From positions 1,601 to 65,600 of the forward strand of contig QHSC01000099.1 of assembly GCA_003220345.1 (NCBI GenBank): DNA of 64,000 nucleotides, read 5' to 3'. Made by a program: the position numbers and the translations under genes. The stretch is from Candidatus Rokuibacteriota bacterium (lineage in GTDB: Bacteria; Methylomirabilota; Methylomirabilia; Rokubacteriales; CSP1-6). This document shows, in pieces, positions 47,339-55,624 of the stretch (positions within the stretch are counted from its first letter, which is position 1; the number at the start of each line of letters is the position of its first letter). The notes beneath the pieces were generated by a model that made no database searches, was not told the origin of the DNA, and saw only the letters and a program-made list of their open reading frames with translations.

Positions 47339-47869
47339 TCAAGGGGCCTGATCCCGCGGTCGTTCCGCATAGCGCTTGAGCCGCTCGAACCACACCAGCT
47401 TGTCCCGAAAGCCGGGATAGGCGGCGTTCAGGCCACTCGGATTCGGGAGGACGAAGACCCTGGCGTCACCCACCCGTTCCGGCTTCGGTCCGGCGCCCGG
47501 GCGCACGCGCGGCCCGAAGAAGGCGCGGTAGACGGTGACGCCGACGAAGGCGACGATCTCCGGCTTCACGCGCGCGATGACCCGCCCAAGCTGCGCGCGC
47601 CCGGCCTCGAACTCGCTCCTGGTCAGCTCGGAGGCCGCGCGGGTCGCCCGCGGAACGATGTTGGTGAGGGCGAGGCCGCACGACGGCAGCCGCGTGTCGT
47701 CCTCGTGGGTGAAAGCCTCCGGAATCAGCTTCGCGGCGTGGAGCAGCCGCCAGAACGGGTTGCCTCGCCCGGCGAAGTGGTGGCCGACCTCCGCGGAACG
47801 GAGCGACGGATTGATGCCGACAAACAGGATGCGCGGCCGCGCGCAAAGTCGGGCGGGGAGGCGCTTCAC
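47339..47869 (-). CDS. mug: G/U mismatch-specific uracil-DNA glycosylase (family 2 UDG)
   Basis: ILFVGINPSLRSA, NPFWRLL and VLPNPSGLN motifs align with E. coli Mug as I remember it. Confidence 0.85.
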   Translation of the reverse strand: MKRLPARLCARPRILFVGINPSLRSAEVGHHFAGRGNPFWRLLHAAKLIPEAFTHEDDTRLPSCGLALTNIVPRATRAASELTRSEFEAGRAQLGRVIARVKPEIVAFVGVTVYRAFFGPRVRPGAGPKPERVGDARVFVLPNPSGLNAAYPGFRDKLVWFERLKRYAERPRDQAP

Positions 47870-47899
47870 AGGCCGGGCTGCTGAGGAACTTGCAACCTG

Positions 47900-48754
47900 C
47901 TAGACGTCGCGCACGGTTGCGAGCACCGAGGGCAGGGCCGCCAGCACCTCGCGAAGACACTGGCGAACCCGGGCGATGTTCGCCTCGGCCTTCTCGGGAA
48001 TTCCCCCGCGCGACACCTGGGCGATGAACTCGTCGCGGGACGTCGTCATCAAGAGCGACGCGTTGATCTCCAGTTGAAGCGCGTGGACACGCCGGGTCTG
48101 AGGCTGCCCGAAGGTGGCCACGATGTTGCCGCCCGTATAGCCGCTGACGTTGTCGTGCACCTCGAAGCCGTGGCGCGTGAAGATCCCGGCCACCGCCGCC
48201 GCGAGCTGCGGGGCGCACGTCGCATCGTGGCGGGTGCCGATGATCACCTGATGGTCCTTCATCCGACGCGGGCTCCCCGTGTGGCCGTCGAGGAGGATGG
48301 CGTAGCCGTAGGCGTGCCGGAGCTGGCCGAGCAGATGCTCCAGGGCCGCATAGTACGGATCGTAGAGCGCCTGCAGGCGCGCTTCGACGTCGGCGAGCCC
48401 GAGGGGGCGCGTGAAGATGGCCACGTCCCGCATGGTATGGGTGCGCACCACCCCTCGCCGCGAGCGCACCTCGCCGTCGTGATGCTCGAAGTCGTCGCGG
48501 CGGCGATTGACGTCGACGAACATGCGCGAGAACGGCGTGGCGAGCACGGTGGCCCCGTGCTCGTGCAGCTCACCGTAGAGATCACCCACGAAGGTGTCGG
48601 CGAATCCGTAGGCGAAGGTCTCGAACCAGGGCTCGCTGTAGTCGTCGCAGGTGATGTGGGGCAACGGCTCCGTGCCGTAGTGGGGCACGCTCACCAGCAC
48701 CGGGTTGCGATTCCCCGGTGAGGGATGCCTGACGATCGGGAACGATGGCTCCAT
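47900..48754 (-). CDS. N-formylglutamate amidohydrolase (FGase/HutG) family protein
   Basis: 284 aa. The N-terminal PVLVSVPHYGTEPLP and later LLDGHTGS are typical of the FGase family. Confidence 0.75.
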   Translation of the reverse strand: MEPSFPIVRHPSPGNRNPVLVSVPHYGTEPLPHITCDDYSEPWFETFAYGFADTFVGDLYGELHEHGATVLATPFSRMFVDVNRRRDDFEHHDGEVRSRRGVVRTHTMRDVAIFTRPLGLADVEARLQALYDPYYAALEHLLGQLRHAYGYAILLDGHTGSPRRMKDHQVIIGTRHDATCAPQLAAAVAGIFTRHGFEVHDNVSGYTGGNIVATFGQPQTRRVHALQLEINASLLMTTSRDEFIAQVSRGGIPEKAEANIARVRQCLREVLAALPSVLATVRDV

Positions 48755-48924
48755 GGCTAGCTCACGTCTCAGGGGGGCAGTCTATACCATCACGTTGAGT
48801 CAGGACCCCCCCTGGACTATAGTCTCCCCGGGTCCGCGTCGCGTGCGCCGCCGGGCCCACCCTTCGCGAACCGAGCACCCGCATCAGGCGTCTGGCCCTG
48901 AGACACCTTGAAAGGGAGATCACC

Positions 48925-50334
48925 ATGAGGCGTTGGGACAGCGATCCAGGTCTCCGGCGGTTGGTCACCGAGCATCGAGCGGGTGTGATCGGGCGGCGCG
49001 AGTTCCTCGCGCGGCTCGGCACCGGCGCGGCCGCCGCCTCCCTCGTGGGAAGCGCCCGGCCCGCCAGCGCGCAGAAGAAGATCACCGTGACGATGTGGGA
49101 CACGGAGCCCAACCCCGCCACGCGCGCGGCCGTGAAGGCGATCGTCGAGGACTTCCACAAGCTCCACAAGGACATCGAGATCCAGGCGGAAGGCATGGGC
49201 TGGTCCGACATGGATCGCAAGCTCCAGGCGGCCATGGCGGCCAAGAGCCCGCCCACGGCGTCGCACACCCAGACCTACGTGGTGACTTCGTTCCGGGCCA
49301 AGGGACTGATCGAGCCGATCGACGACCTCGTCAAGGCCATCGGCGAGGACCGCATCTTCCCGTCGGTGCTCCGGTGGCTCAAGTATCCCGACGGCAAGTA
49401 CTGGGGCCTCACCCACGCCTGGGGCGCCGACAACCTCGGCGGCCGCGGCGACTATCTGACGGGCACCGGCGTCGACCCGCGGAGCTGGAAGACCTGGAAC
49501 GACTGGCTCCGCGATCTGCCCAAGCTCAACAAGGCGCCGCAATATTACGGAGTTTCCCTCGCGGGCATCCCGTTCTTCGTGAACGAGGACGTCTACATGT
49601 GGACGGGCTCGAACGGCGGAAGCCTTTTCGACGACAAGGGCAACCCCGCCCTCGAGAGCCCGCAGGTCCTCGGGATGCTCGAGTTCTGGAAGAAGGTCAA
49701 GCCGTACCTGCCGCCGGGGTGGGCGTCGCACGACTACCTGGAGACGCTCTCCGCCTGGGCCACGGGAAAGACGGCGCAGGTCTACATGTGGGGGCGCACC
49801 GCCGGGTACATCGACCAGTACGCGCCCCCCGACAAGCGAAACCCCGAGATCTTCCAGATGTGGCCGAAGACCATCGGCCCCATGGGCAAGGCGCCCCTGA
49901 CCCAGTTCGACAACGAGCCGTGGGTCTTCTACGCGGATGCCCCGAAGGAAGAAAAGGCCGCGGCCAAGGAGTTCCTCAAGTTCTTCTTCAAGAAGGAGAA
50001 CTACCGGCGCTACTGCGACTCCGTCCCTGTCCATCTCCTCTCGATCTTCAAGGAGGACTTCCAGGACCCCGCCTACATGGGGCATCCCGAGCGCAAGCGC
50101 TGGAAGCCGTGGCTGGACGCGCAGCTCAAGTGGGTGGAGATCGGCCGCGCCCACCCGCTCCTCGTGTGCAATCCGCAAGATATGCTGGTGCCGTGGATCG
50201 GCGACGTGGCCGCCGCGCCCATCCTGGCCGACATGGTCATGGCCGTGGTGGAGCGAGGGAAGGATCCGAAGGTGGCGGCCAAGGAAGCCAGCGACAAGAT
50301 CTCCCGCGACATCATCGGGAAGACCAAGAGCTAG
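48925..50334 (+). CDS. Extracellular solute-binding protein family 1 (carbohydrate-type ABC), Tat signal
   Basis: 469 aa. Twin-arginine signal GRREFLARLGTGAAAASLVGSARPASA. Confidence 0.85.
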   Translation: MRRWDSDPGLRRLVTEHRAGVIGRREFLARLGTGAAAASLVGSARPASAQKKITVTMWDTEPNPATRAAVKAIVEDFHKLHKDIEIQAEGMGWSDMDRKLQAAMAAKSPPTASHTQTYVVTSFRAKGLIEPIDDLVKAIGEDRIFPSVLRWLKYPDGKYWGLTHAWGADNLGGRGDYLTGTGVDPRSWKTWNDWLRDLPKLNKAPQYYGVSLAGIPFFVNEDVYMWTGSNGGSLFDDKGNPALESPQVLGMLEFWKKVKPYLPPGWASHDYLETLSAWATGKTAQVYMWGRTAGYIDQYAPPDKRNPEIFQMWPKTIGPMGKAPLTQFDNEPWVFYADAPKEEKAAAKEFLKFFFKKENYRRYCDSVPVHLLSIFKEDFQDPAYMGHPERKRWKPWLDAQLKWVEIGRAHPLLVCNPQDMLVPWIGDVAAAPILADMVMAVVERGKDPKVAAKEASDKISRDIIGKTKS

Positions 50335-50400
50335 GAGCGCGCGCGGAGCGTCGGTGGCCGTCGCCTCGACGGTCGCCGATGCTCCTGCTGCGCGATCGTC

Positions 50401-51333
50401 ATGTCTGTTCGCGTCGACACGCTCGTAGCCGTCCCCGGTCGCGCTTCGCGCCGTCGGCGAGAGGCCCTGACCGGGATCGGGCTCCTCCTGCCGTCCGTCG
50501 CCCTCGTCGTCGCCTTCACCATCTTCCCCGTCGGCTACAACGTCTGGCTGGGCTTCTACGCCAAGCACTCGCTGCGCGCCACCAGCGCCTGGGTCGGCCT
50601 CGGCAACTACACGCAGATCCTCACCGATCCCGATTTCTGGCGCAGCGTCTGGCTGGCCACCGTCTACGCGGTGGCGAGCACGGCCCTGCAGATCGTGGTC
50701 GGGGTGGCGGGGGCCCTCATCCTGCACCGGCGCTTCGCCGGCTGCGATTTCCTGCGCGGGGTCGCGCTCTTCCCGTACATGATCCCCACGGTGATCGCCG
50801 TCTTCGTGTGGCGCTGGCTCATGAACGACCTCTACGGGGTGATCCCGTATGTCCTGAGCGCCCTGCGGATCCCCGGCATGCCAGAAGCGTGGCTGACCCA
50901 CTCCACCATCATGTGGGTGCTCATCGTTCTTTCCGTGTGGACGTTCTTTCCCTTCGTCCTCGTCAACGTGCTCGCCCGCCTGCAGACCATTCCCCTCGAG
51001 CTCTACGACGCGGCCCGGGTCGACGGCGCCTCCGCGGTGCGGCAGTTCGTCCACGTCACCCTCCCGCAGCTCCGCAACGTGCTCCTCATCGTGCTGCTCC
51101 TGCGCGGGATCTGGATGTTCACCAAGTTCGACGTGCCGTGGCTCCTGGGCTTCGGCGGAGGCGCGGGGGAGGCGATCCGCACCCTCCCCGTCTTCACCTA
51201 TCAGCGCTCGTTCACCTACTACCAGGCGGGGATGGGCGCGGCGCTGTCGAACGTGATGCTCGCCCTCCTTCTCATGGCGGTGACGATCTACTTCGTGGCC
51301 TTCCCGCCCGAGGCGGACGAGACCGATGGCTGA
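50401..51333 (+). CDS. Carbohydrate ABC transporter permease (MalF/UgpA type)
   Basis: 310 aa, 6 TM, EAA-like loop LELYDAARVDGASAVRQFVHVTLPQL. Confidence 0.9.
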   Translation: MSVRVDTLVAVPGRASRRRREALTGIGLLLPSVALVVAFTIFPVGYNVWLGFYAKHSLRATSAWVGLGNYTQILTDPDFWRSVWLATVYAVASTALQIVVGVAGALILHRRFAGCDFLRGVALFPYMIPTVIAVFVWRWLMNDLYGVIPYVLSALRIPGMPEAWLTHSTIMWVLIVLSVWTFFPFVLVNVLARLQTIPLELYDAARVDGASAVRQFVHVTLPQLRNVLLIVLLLRGIWMFTKFDVPWLLGFGGGAGEAIRTLPVFTYQRSFTYYQAGMGAALSNVMLALLLMAVTIYFVAFPPEADETDG

Positions 51334-52186
51334 GCTTCGCTCGCGCGGTCGTGGCGGATCCCGCCGGCCCGTGTCGTCCGCCGCGGAGTGGACGCTCCGC
51401 ATCGGCCTCTTCCTCTTCTGCGCCTTCCCCCTCTACTGGATGCTCGTCTCCTCGCTCAAGGTCAGCCACGAGCTGCTCGCGTCCCCGCCCACCTTCTGGC
51501 CGCACGAGTGGGACCTGCGGGCCTACCGGAAGCTCTTCTACGAGACGAACTTCTGGAGATACTTCCAGAACACCATCGTCGTCTCTGCCATCACCACCGT
51601 CATCGTGGTCACGGCGGGAGTCATCGGCGCCTACAGCCTGACCCGCTACGCGTTCCCCGGCCGGACCCTCGTGGCCCGCATGACCCTGCTCGCCTACATG
51701 TTCCCGCCCATCATCATGCTGGTGCCGCTCTTCCTCCTCGCCCGCGAGTTCGGCCTCGTCAACTCGCTCCTCGGCCTCGCCCTCACCTACATCTCCTTCG
51801 CCCTCCCCTACGCGCTGTGGATCCTCCGCGCCTTCTTCCAGTCGATCCCCGTGGAGCTGGAGCACGCCGCCCTCATCGACGGCGCGAATCGCGCGCAGGC
51901 CCTTCTCTACGTGGTGGCGCCCCTCGCCCTCCCCGGCATCATCGCCACCGCCATCTTCACCTTCATCGTGGCCTGGAACGACTTCCTGTTCGCCCTCGTG
52001 CTCATCGGCCGGGACGAGCTGAAGACGCTCGCCATCGGCATCAACGATTTCTTCCACATGGCGGTGGTGGACTGGGGGCTGATCATGGCCGCCGGCGTCA
52101 TGGTCACCATCCCCGCCCTCGTGTTCTTCGTGGCCATCCAGCGCTATCTCATCGCGGGCTGGGGCGCGGGCGGCGTCAAGGGATAG
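51326..52186 (+). CDS. Carbohydrate ABC transporter permease (MalG/UgpE type)
   Basis: 286 aa, EAA loop ELEHAALIDGANRAQALLYVVAPLALPG. Overlaps the upstream permease by 8 nt. Confidence 0.9.
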   Translation: MAELRSRGRGGSRRPVSSAAEWTLRIGLFLFCAFPLYWMLVSSLKVSHELLASPPTFWPHEWDLRAYRKLFYETNFWRYFQNTIVVSAITTVIVVTAGVIGAYSLTRYAFPGRTLVARMTLLAYMFPPIIMLVPLFLLAREFGLVNSLLGLALTYISFALPYALWILRAFFQSIPVELEHAALIDGANRAQALLYVVAPLALPGIIATAIFTFIVAWNDFLFALVLIGRDELKTLAIGINDFFHMAVVDWGLIMAAGVMVTIPALVFFVAIQRYLIAGWGAGGVKG

Positions 52187-52203
52187 CGGGGCGGAGGACT
52201 GGC

Positions 52204-53424
52204 TCAGCTCTTCGCGGGTTCGATGACGCCCGCCGCGTGAAGCGCGGCCAGCTCGGACGCGCTCAGGCCGAGCAGCTCGGAGAGCACGCGGTCCGTGTCC
52301 TGACCGAGCAGCGGAGCCGGGCGCTCCACGAGACCGGGGGCGCTTCCGTGCAGCCGGATGGGCGAATTGGGCACGCGCGTCTTGCCGCGACGGGGATGGT
52401 CGATCTCGGCCCACACCTCTCGGGACGCGAGATGCGGATCGTTGACCACCTCGCGCGTGGTCCGCACGGGCGCACAGGGCACGTGGGCCTTGGTCAGGAT
52501 CGCCAGCACGTCGTCCTTGCCGTGGCGCCGGGTCCACGCCTCGACCATGGCGTCGATCTCCTCCATCCGCGCCGCGCGGTCGGGGGTGCTGGCGTAGTCG
52601 GGGTTGGTCAGGAGGTCTTCGCGCCCGAGCACGCGGACGATGCTGTCCCAGTGGCGATCCGAGGCCGTGAAGATGGCCACGTAGCCATCGCTCGTCGGGT
52701 AGACGTTGTAGGGCGCCATGGCCAGCGCGGGGTGGCGATTGCCTGTGCGCGGGGGCATGTGGGCGTCCTCACCATCCATGTGGACACCGAGCGCGCTCGC
52801 GAGCGCCATCACCGCGGCGTCCAGCATCGCGACCTCGACCCGCTGTCCCTGCCCCGTGCGCTCTCGCTGCAGCAACGCGCTCATGATGCCGCCGAAGAGG
52901 TGTACCCCGCCCAGGAAGTCGCACACCGCGGGCCCCGCCTTGACGGGCGGACGATCCGGAAACCCCGTGGCGTTCATGATCCCGCTCATGGCCTGAATCG
53001 TCAGATCCATGGCGGGCAGATCCCGATATGGTCCCGTCAGTCCGAAGCCGGTCCCGCTGCCGTAGACGAGCCGAGGGTTCTCGGCGGACAGCACCTCCCA
53101 CCCGAGACCCAGACGGTCCATCACGCCCGCCGCGAAGTTCTCGACCACCACATCGGCCTGCCGCGCGAGACGCAGAAACAGCGCCTTGCCGTCAGGATGC
53201 TTGAAATCGAGCACTACCGATTCCTTGTTGGAGTTGAGCATCACGAGAGGGTACGGCTCGACGTGCCGCTTGCGCCGCCGCACCACGTCGCCTTCGGGCG
53301 CTTCGATCTTGAGCACGCGGGCGCCCATGAAGCCCAGCAGGAGACCGCAGTACGGCCCGTTGTAGATCTGCCCCAGGTCGAGCACGAGCATCCCGTCGAG
53401 CGGACGAGCGACCGGCGTCGTCAT
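52204..53424 (-). CDS. Family III CoA-transferase (CaiB/BaiF)
   Basis: 406 aa. N-terminal RPLDGMLVLDLGQIYNGPYCGLLLGFMGARVLKIEAP. Confidence 0.9.
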   Translation of the reverse strand: MTTPVARPLDGMLVLDLGQIYNGPYCGLLLGFMGARVLKIEAPEGDVVRRRKRHVEPYPLVMLNSNKESVVLDFKHPDGKALFLRLARQADVVVENFAAGVMDRLGLGWEVLSAENPRLVYGSGTGFGLTGPYRDLPAMDLTIQAMSGIMNATGFPDRPPVKAGPAVCDFLGGVHLFGGIMSALLQRERTGQGQRVEVAMLDAAVMALASALGVHMDGEDAHMPPRTGNRHPALAMAPYNVYPTSDGYVAIFTASDRHWDSIVRVLGREDLLTNPDYASTPDRAARMEEIDAMVEAWTRRHGKDDVLAILTKAHVPCAPVRTTREVVNDPHLASREVWAEIDHPRRGKTRVPNSPIRLHGSAPGLVERPAPLLGQDTDRVLSELLGLSASELAALHAAGVIEPAKS

Positions 53425-54565
53425 GGAAAAAGGTCAGCAGGGCCAACGCTCCGAGCACGACGGCGAGCACGCCGAGCGCCGTCTCCATGCCCGCGCGGTC
53501 GACGAGGGCGCCGATGGGCGGGCCCACGACCACGAAAGACAGCCGGAAGACGAGGGCGGCAATCGACAGGACGCTCGCCCGGTCTTCCGCCGACGCGTCC
53601 TGCTGCATCACATTGGCCAGGATCGGTGCCTGCAGGCCCCGGATGGTCATGAAGCAGAGATAGAAGGCGAGGCCCCACGCCACGTGGCTCAGGGCGAGCC
53701 CGGCGTACCCCACGAGGACGAGCAGACAGCAGCCGAGGAGGCTCGCGCGCGCGCCGAGGGCGGCGGCCACGCGCCCGCTCGCCAGCGATACCGCGGCCAG
53801 CCAGATGTGCGCGCCCGCCCACAGCGGACCGAACCACGCGGTCGGAATGCCGCGCGCCTGCATGTAGGGCTGGATGAGCCAGATCACCACGAACGTCGAG
53901 AGGCCCAGGGCGACGTTCAGGGCCAGGGCCGCGCGGAGTCGTCGATGGTGCCAGAGCGTGAAGCCGAGGATGTGAAGGGCCCGGCGCGCGTGAGAGCGGG
54001 GATCAACGGAGGGGCGGCGTGGCGTCTCGCGCAGCATGGCCGCGGTAACGAGGGCGAGGACGGCGCTCGGCACCTGGAGCCAGAACGGCCAGCGCGGGCC
54101 CATCGTGTACAGCCACCCGCCGGCGGCGGCGCTCAGCGCCTCCGACGTCTGCGACACGGCGCGGGCCGTTCCGTCCCAGCGCGTGTATCGGTCACTGCGG
54201 CCGGCCGTCTCCAGCGACACCCACAGGAGCGCGCGGTCCGCGCCGGACATGAAGGCGCTGGCCGCGCCGAGGACAGTCTCGGCGACGGCAATCGCCCAGA
54301 AGGTCGTGCCGCGCGTGTAGACGAGCCATCCCGCCATCAGCAGCGCCGCGCCCACGAGCAGCGAGGCGCGGTACCCGACCCGATCGGCGAAGTACCCCGA
54401 CGGGAACTGGAAGAGCGCGACGGCCAGCCCGAATGCCGCCTGGAGGGTCATGATGTCGGTGAGCGACATCCCGATCTGATCCTTCCAGAAGAGGGTGACG
54501 ATGGGAATCGGGAAGAGCACGAACTCGATGGCGGCGAAGGCGATGAGGAGGCGCGCGTTGGTCAT
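53192..54565 (-). CDS. MFS transporter with an anomalous 77-aa Arg/Ala-rich C-terminal extension that overlaps the CoA-transferase gene
   Basis: ATG 54565. 12 TM helices end at ...LGALALLTFF. The frame then continues 233 nt into the next gene. An A5 run at 53427..53431 lies at the point where a stop is expected. Confidence 0.75.
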   Translation of the reverse strand: MTNARLLIAFAAIEFVLFPIPIVTLFWKDQIGMSLTDIMTLQAAFGLAVALFQFPSGYFADRVGYRASLLVGAALLMAGWLVYTRGTTFWAIAVAETVLGAASAFMSGADRALLWVSLETAGRSDRYTRWDGTARAVSQTSEALSAAAGGWLYTMGPRWPFWLQVPSAVLALVTAAMLRETPRRPSVDPRSHARRALHILGFTLWHHRRLRAALALNVALGLSTFVVIWLIQPYMQARGIPTAWFGPLWAGAHIWLAAVSLASGRVAAALGARASLLGCCLLVLVGYAGLALSHVAWGLAFYLCFMTIRGLQAPILANVMQQDASAEDRASVLSIAALVFRLSFVVVGPPIGALVDRAGMETALGVLAVVLGALALLTFFHDDAGRSSARRDARARPGADLQRAVLRSPAGLHGRPRAQDRSARRRRGAAAQAARRAVPSRDAQLQQGIGSARFQAS

Positions 54566-54755
54566 GGCGCGGCCTTCCGCTCGCTCGGATCCGCTCGTGC
54601 CGTTCCTAGTGGGCGTCACGCTCTGTTGGTAAGTATCACGAGCGGGCCCGCCCGGCCAGAGGAGCGCCGTGGCCTTTTGCTTTGGTCACCTCGGATCGCT
54701 TTGGTAGACTCGATCGCGATCCTCTCTGTCCCCCGCACCGTGAGGGAAGCGCGCG

Positions 54756-55568
54756 ATGATCCAGCGGCTCTCGAATAACCTCGGCGTCTACGAAGGCGAA
54801 GCGCCCCCGGAGACCAGGCAGCTCGAAGTCGACGGGTACGCGGTGATCCGCGGCGTCTTCACGGCGGACGACGTGCAGGCGCTACGCCGTGAGATCGATT
54901 CGGTCTTCGCGTCGTATCCCCAGGAGCGGGGCCGCACCGACGAGTTCCGCTACGAGATGTTCAACCGCAGCGCGCTGGCCCAGGCCGCCCTCGCCCACCC
55001 GCGGATCCTCGCCGTCATCGAGCCGCTGCTCGGCAACGACTGCCACGTGATCGCGAACACGGCCTGGCGGAACTCCCCGGAGTTTGCCGGCGGCTCCTGG
55101 CACTGCGATTCTGGCCCGCACATCCCCCGGCCCGAAGGCGTCGCGTGGGACGAGCGCATTCCGTATCCGGTGTTCGCGATCGGGGCGCACCTGCTGCTCC
55201 TCGACTGCGAGGAGGCCGACGGGCCCACCGCGGTCGCCCCGGGAAGCCATCGATCGGGCCGGCTCGCCCCGCCCGGTCGGAAGCACGACCCGACGTTGAC
55301 ATACGACGGGCGCCCTCCCGTGCTCCTCGTCGGGCGGGCGGGCGACGTCGCCCTCTTCGTTTCCGACGCGTGGCACCGCGGCACTCCGGCTGCCGGGGGG
55401 CGCGGCCGATACTTCCTCCAGGTGCACTATGGACGGCGCGATCTGGCCCAGCGGGTGCGGACGACCGCCCAGGTGAACCACGTGGCCCCGGAGGCGCTCG
55501 CCCGGGCTCGCGGCGAGCGGCAGCGCACGATTCTCGGCCTGCACGATCCGGCCTTCTACGACGGCTGA
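54756..55568 (+). CDS. Phytanoyl-CoA dioxygenase (PhyH) family Fe(II)/2-oxoglutarate oxygenase
   Basis: 270 aa. WHCDSG (HxD) and distal DAWHRGT His. PhyH-like N-terminus GYAVIRGVF. Confidence 0.8.
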   Translation: MIQRLSNNLGVYEGEAPPETRQLEVDGYAVIRGVFTADDVQALRREIDSVFASYPQERGRTDEFRYEMFNRSALAQAALAHPRILAVIEPLLGNDCHVIANTAWRNSPEFAGGSWHCDSGPHIPRPEGVAWDERIPYPVFAIGAHLLLLDCEEADGPTAVAPGSHRSGRLAPPGRKHDPTLTYDGRPPVLLVGRAGDVALFVSDAWHRGTPAAGGRGRYFLQVHYGRRDLAQRVRTTAQVNHVAPEALARARGERQRTILGLHDPAFYDG

Positions 55569-55624
55569 TCCTGTCACCAGCCGCCGCCGCGCAACTCCAC
55601 GCGGAGGTCGGCGATAATGCGCGC

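Noticed and set aside
48815-48824. 10-bp palindrome GACTATAGTC in the divergent region between the FGase-like gene and the sugar ABC operon, as an operator
   Set aside because: A 10-bp palindrome can occur by chance. No regulator gene is adjacent and there is no second copy. It is noted but not called.
48817-51402. 861-aa minus-strand ORF, and the 902-aa plus-strand ORF 48933..51641
   Set aside because: One is antisense and the other out of frame relative to the binding-protein and permease genes, which have clear signal-peptide, TM and EAA features. Both look like GC-driven open shadow frames.
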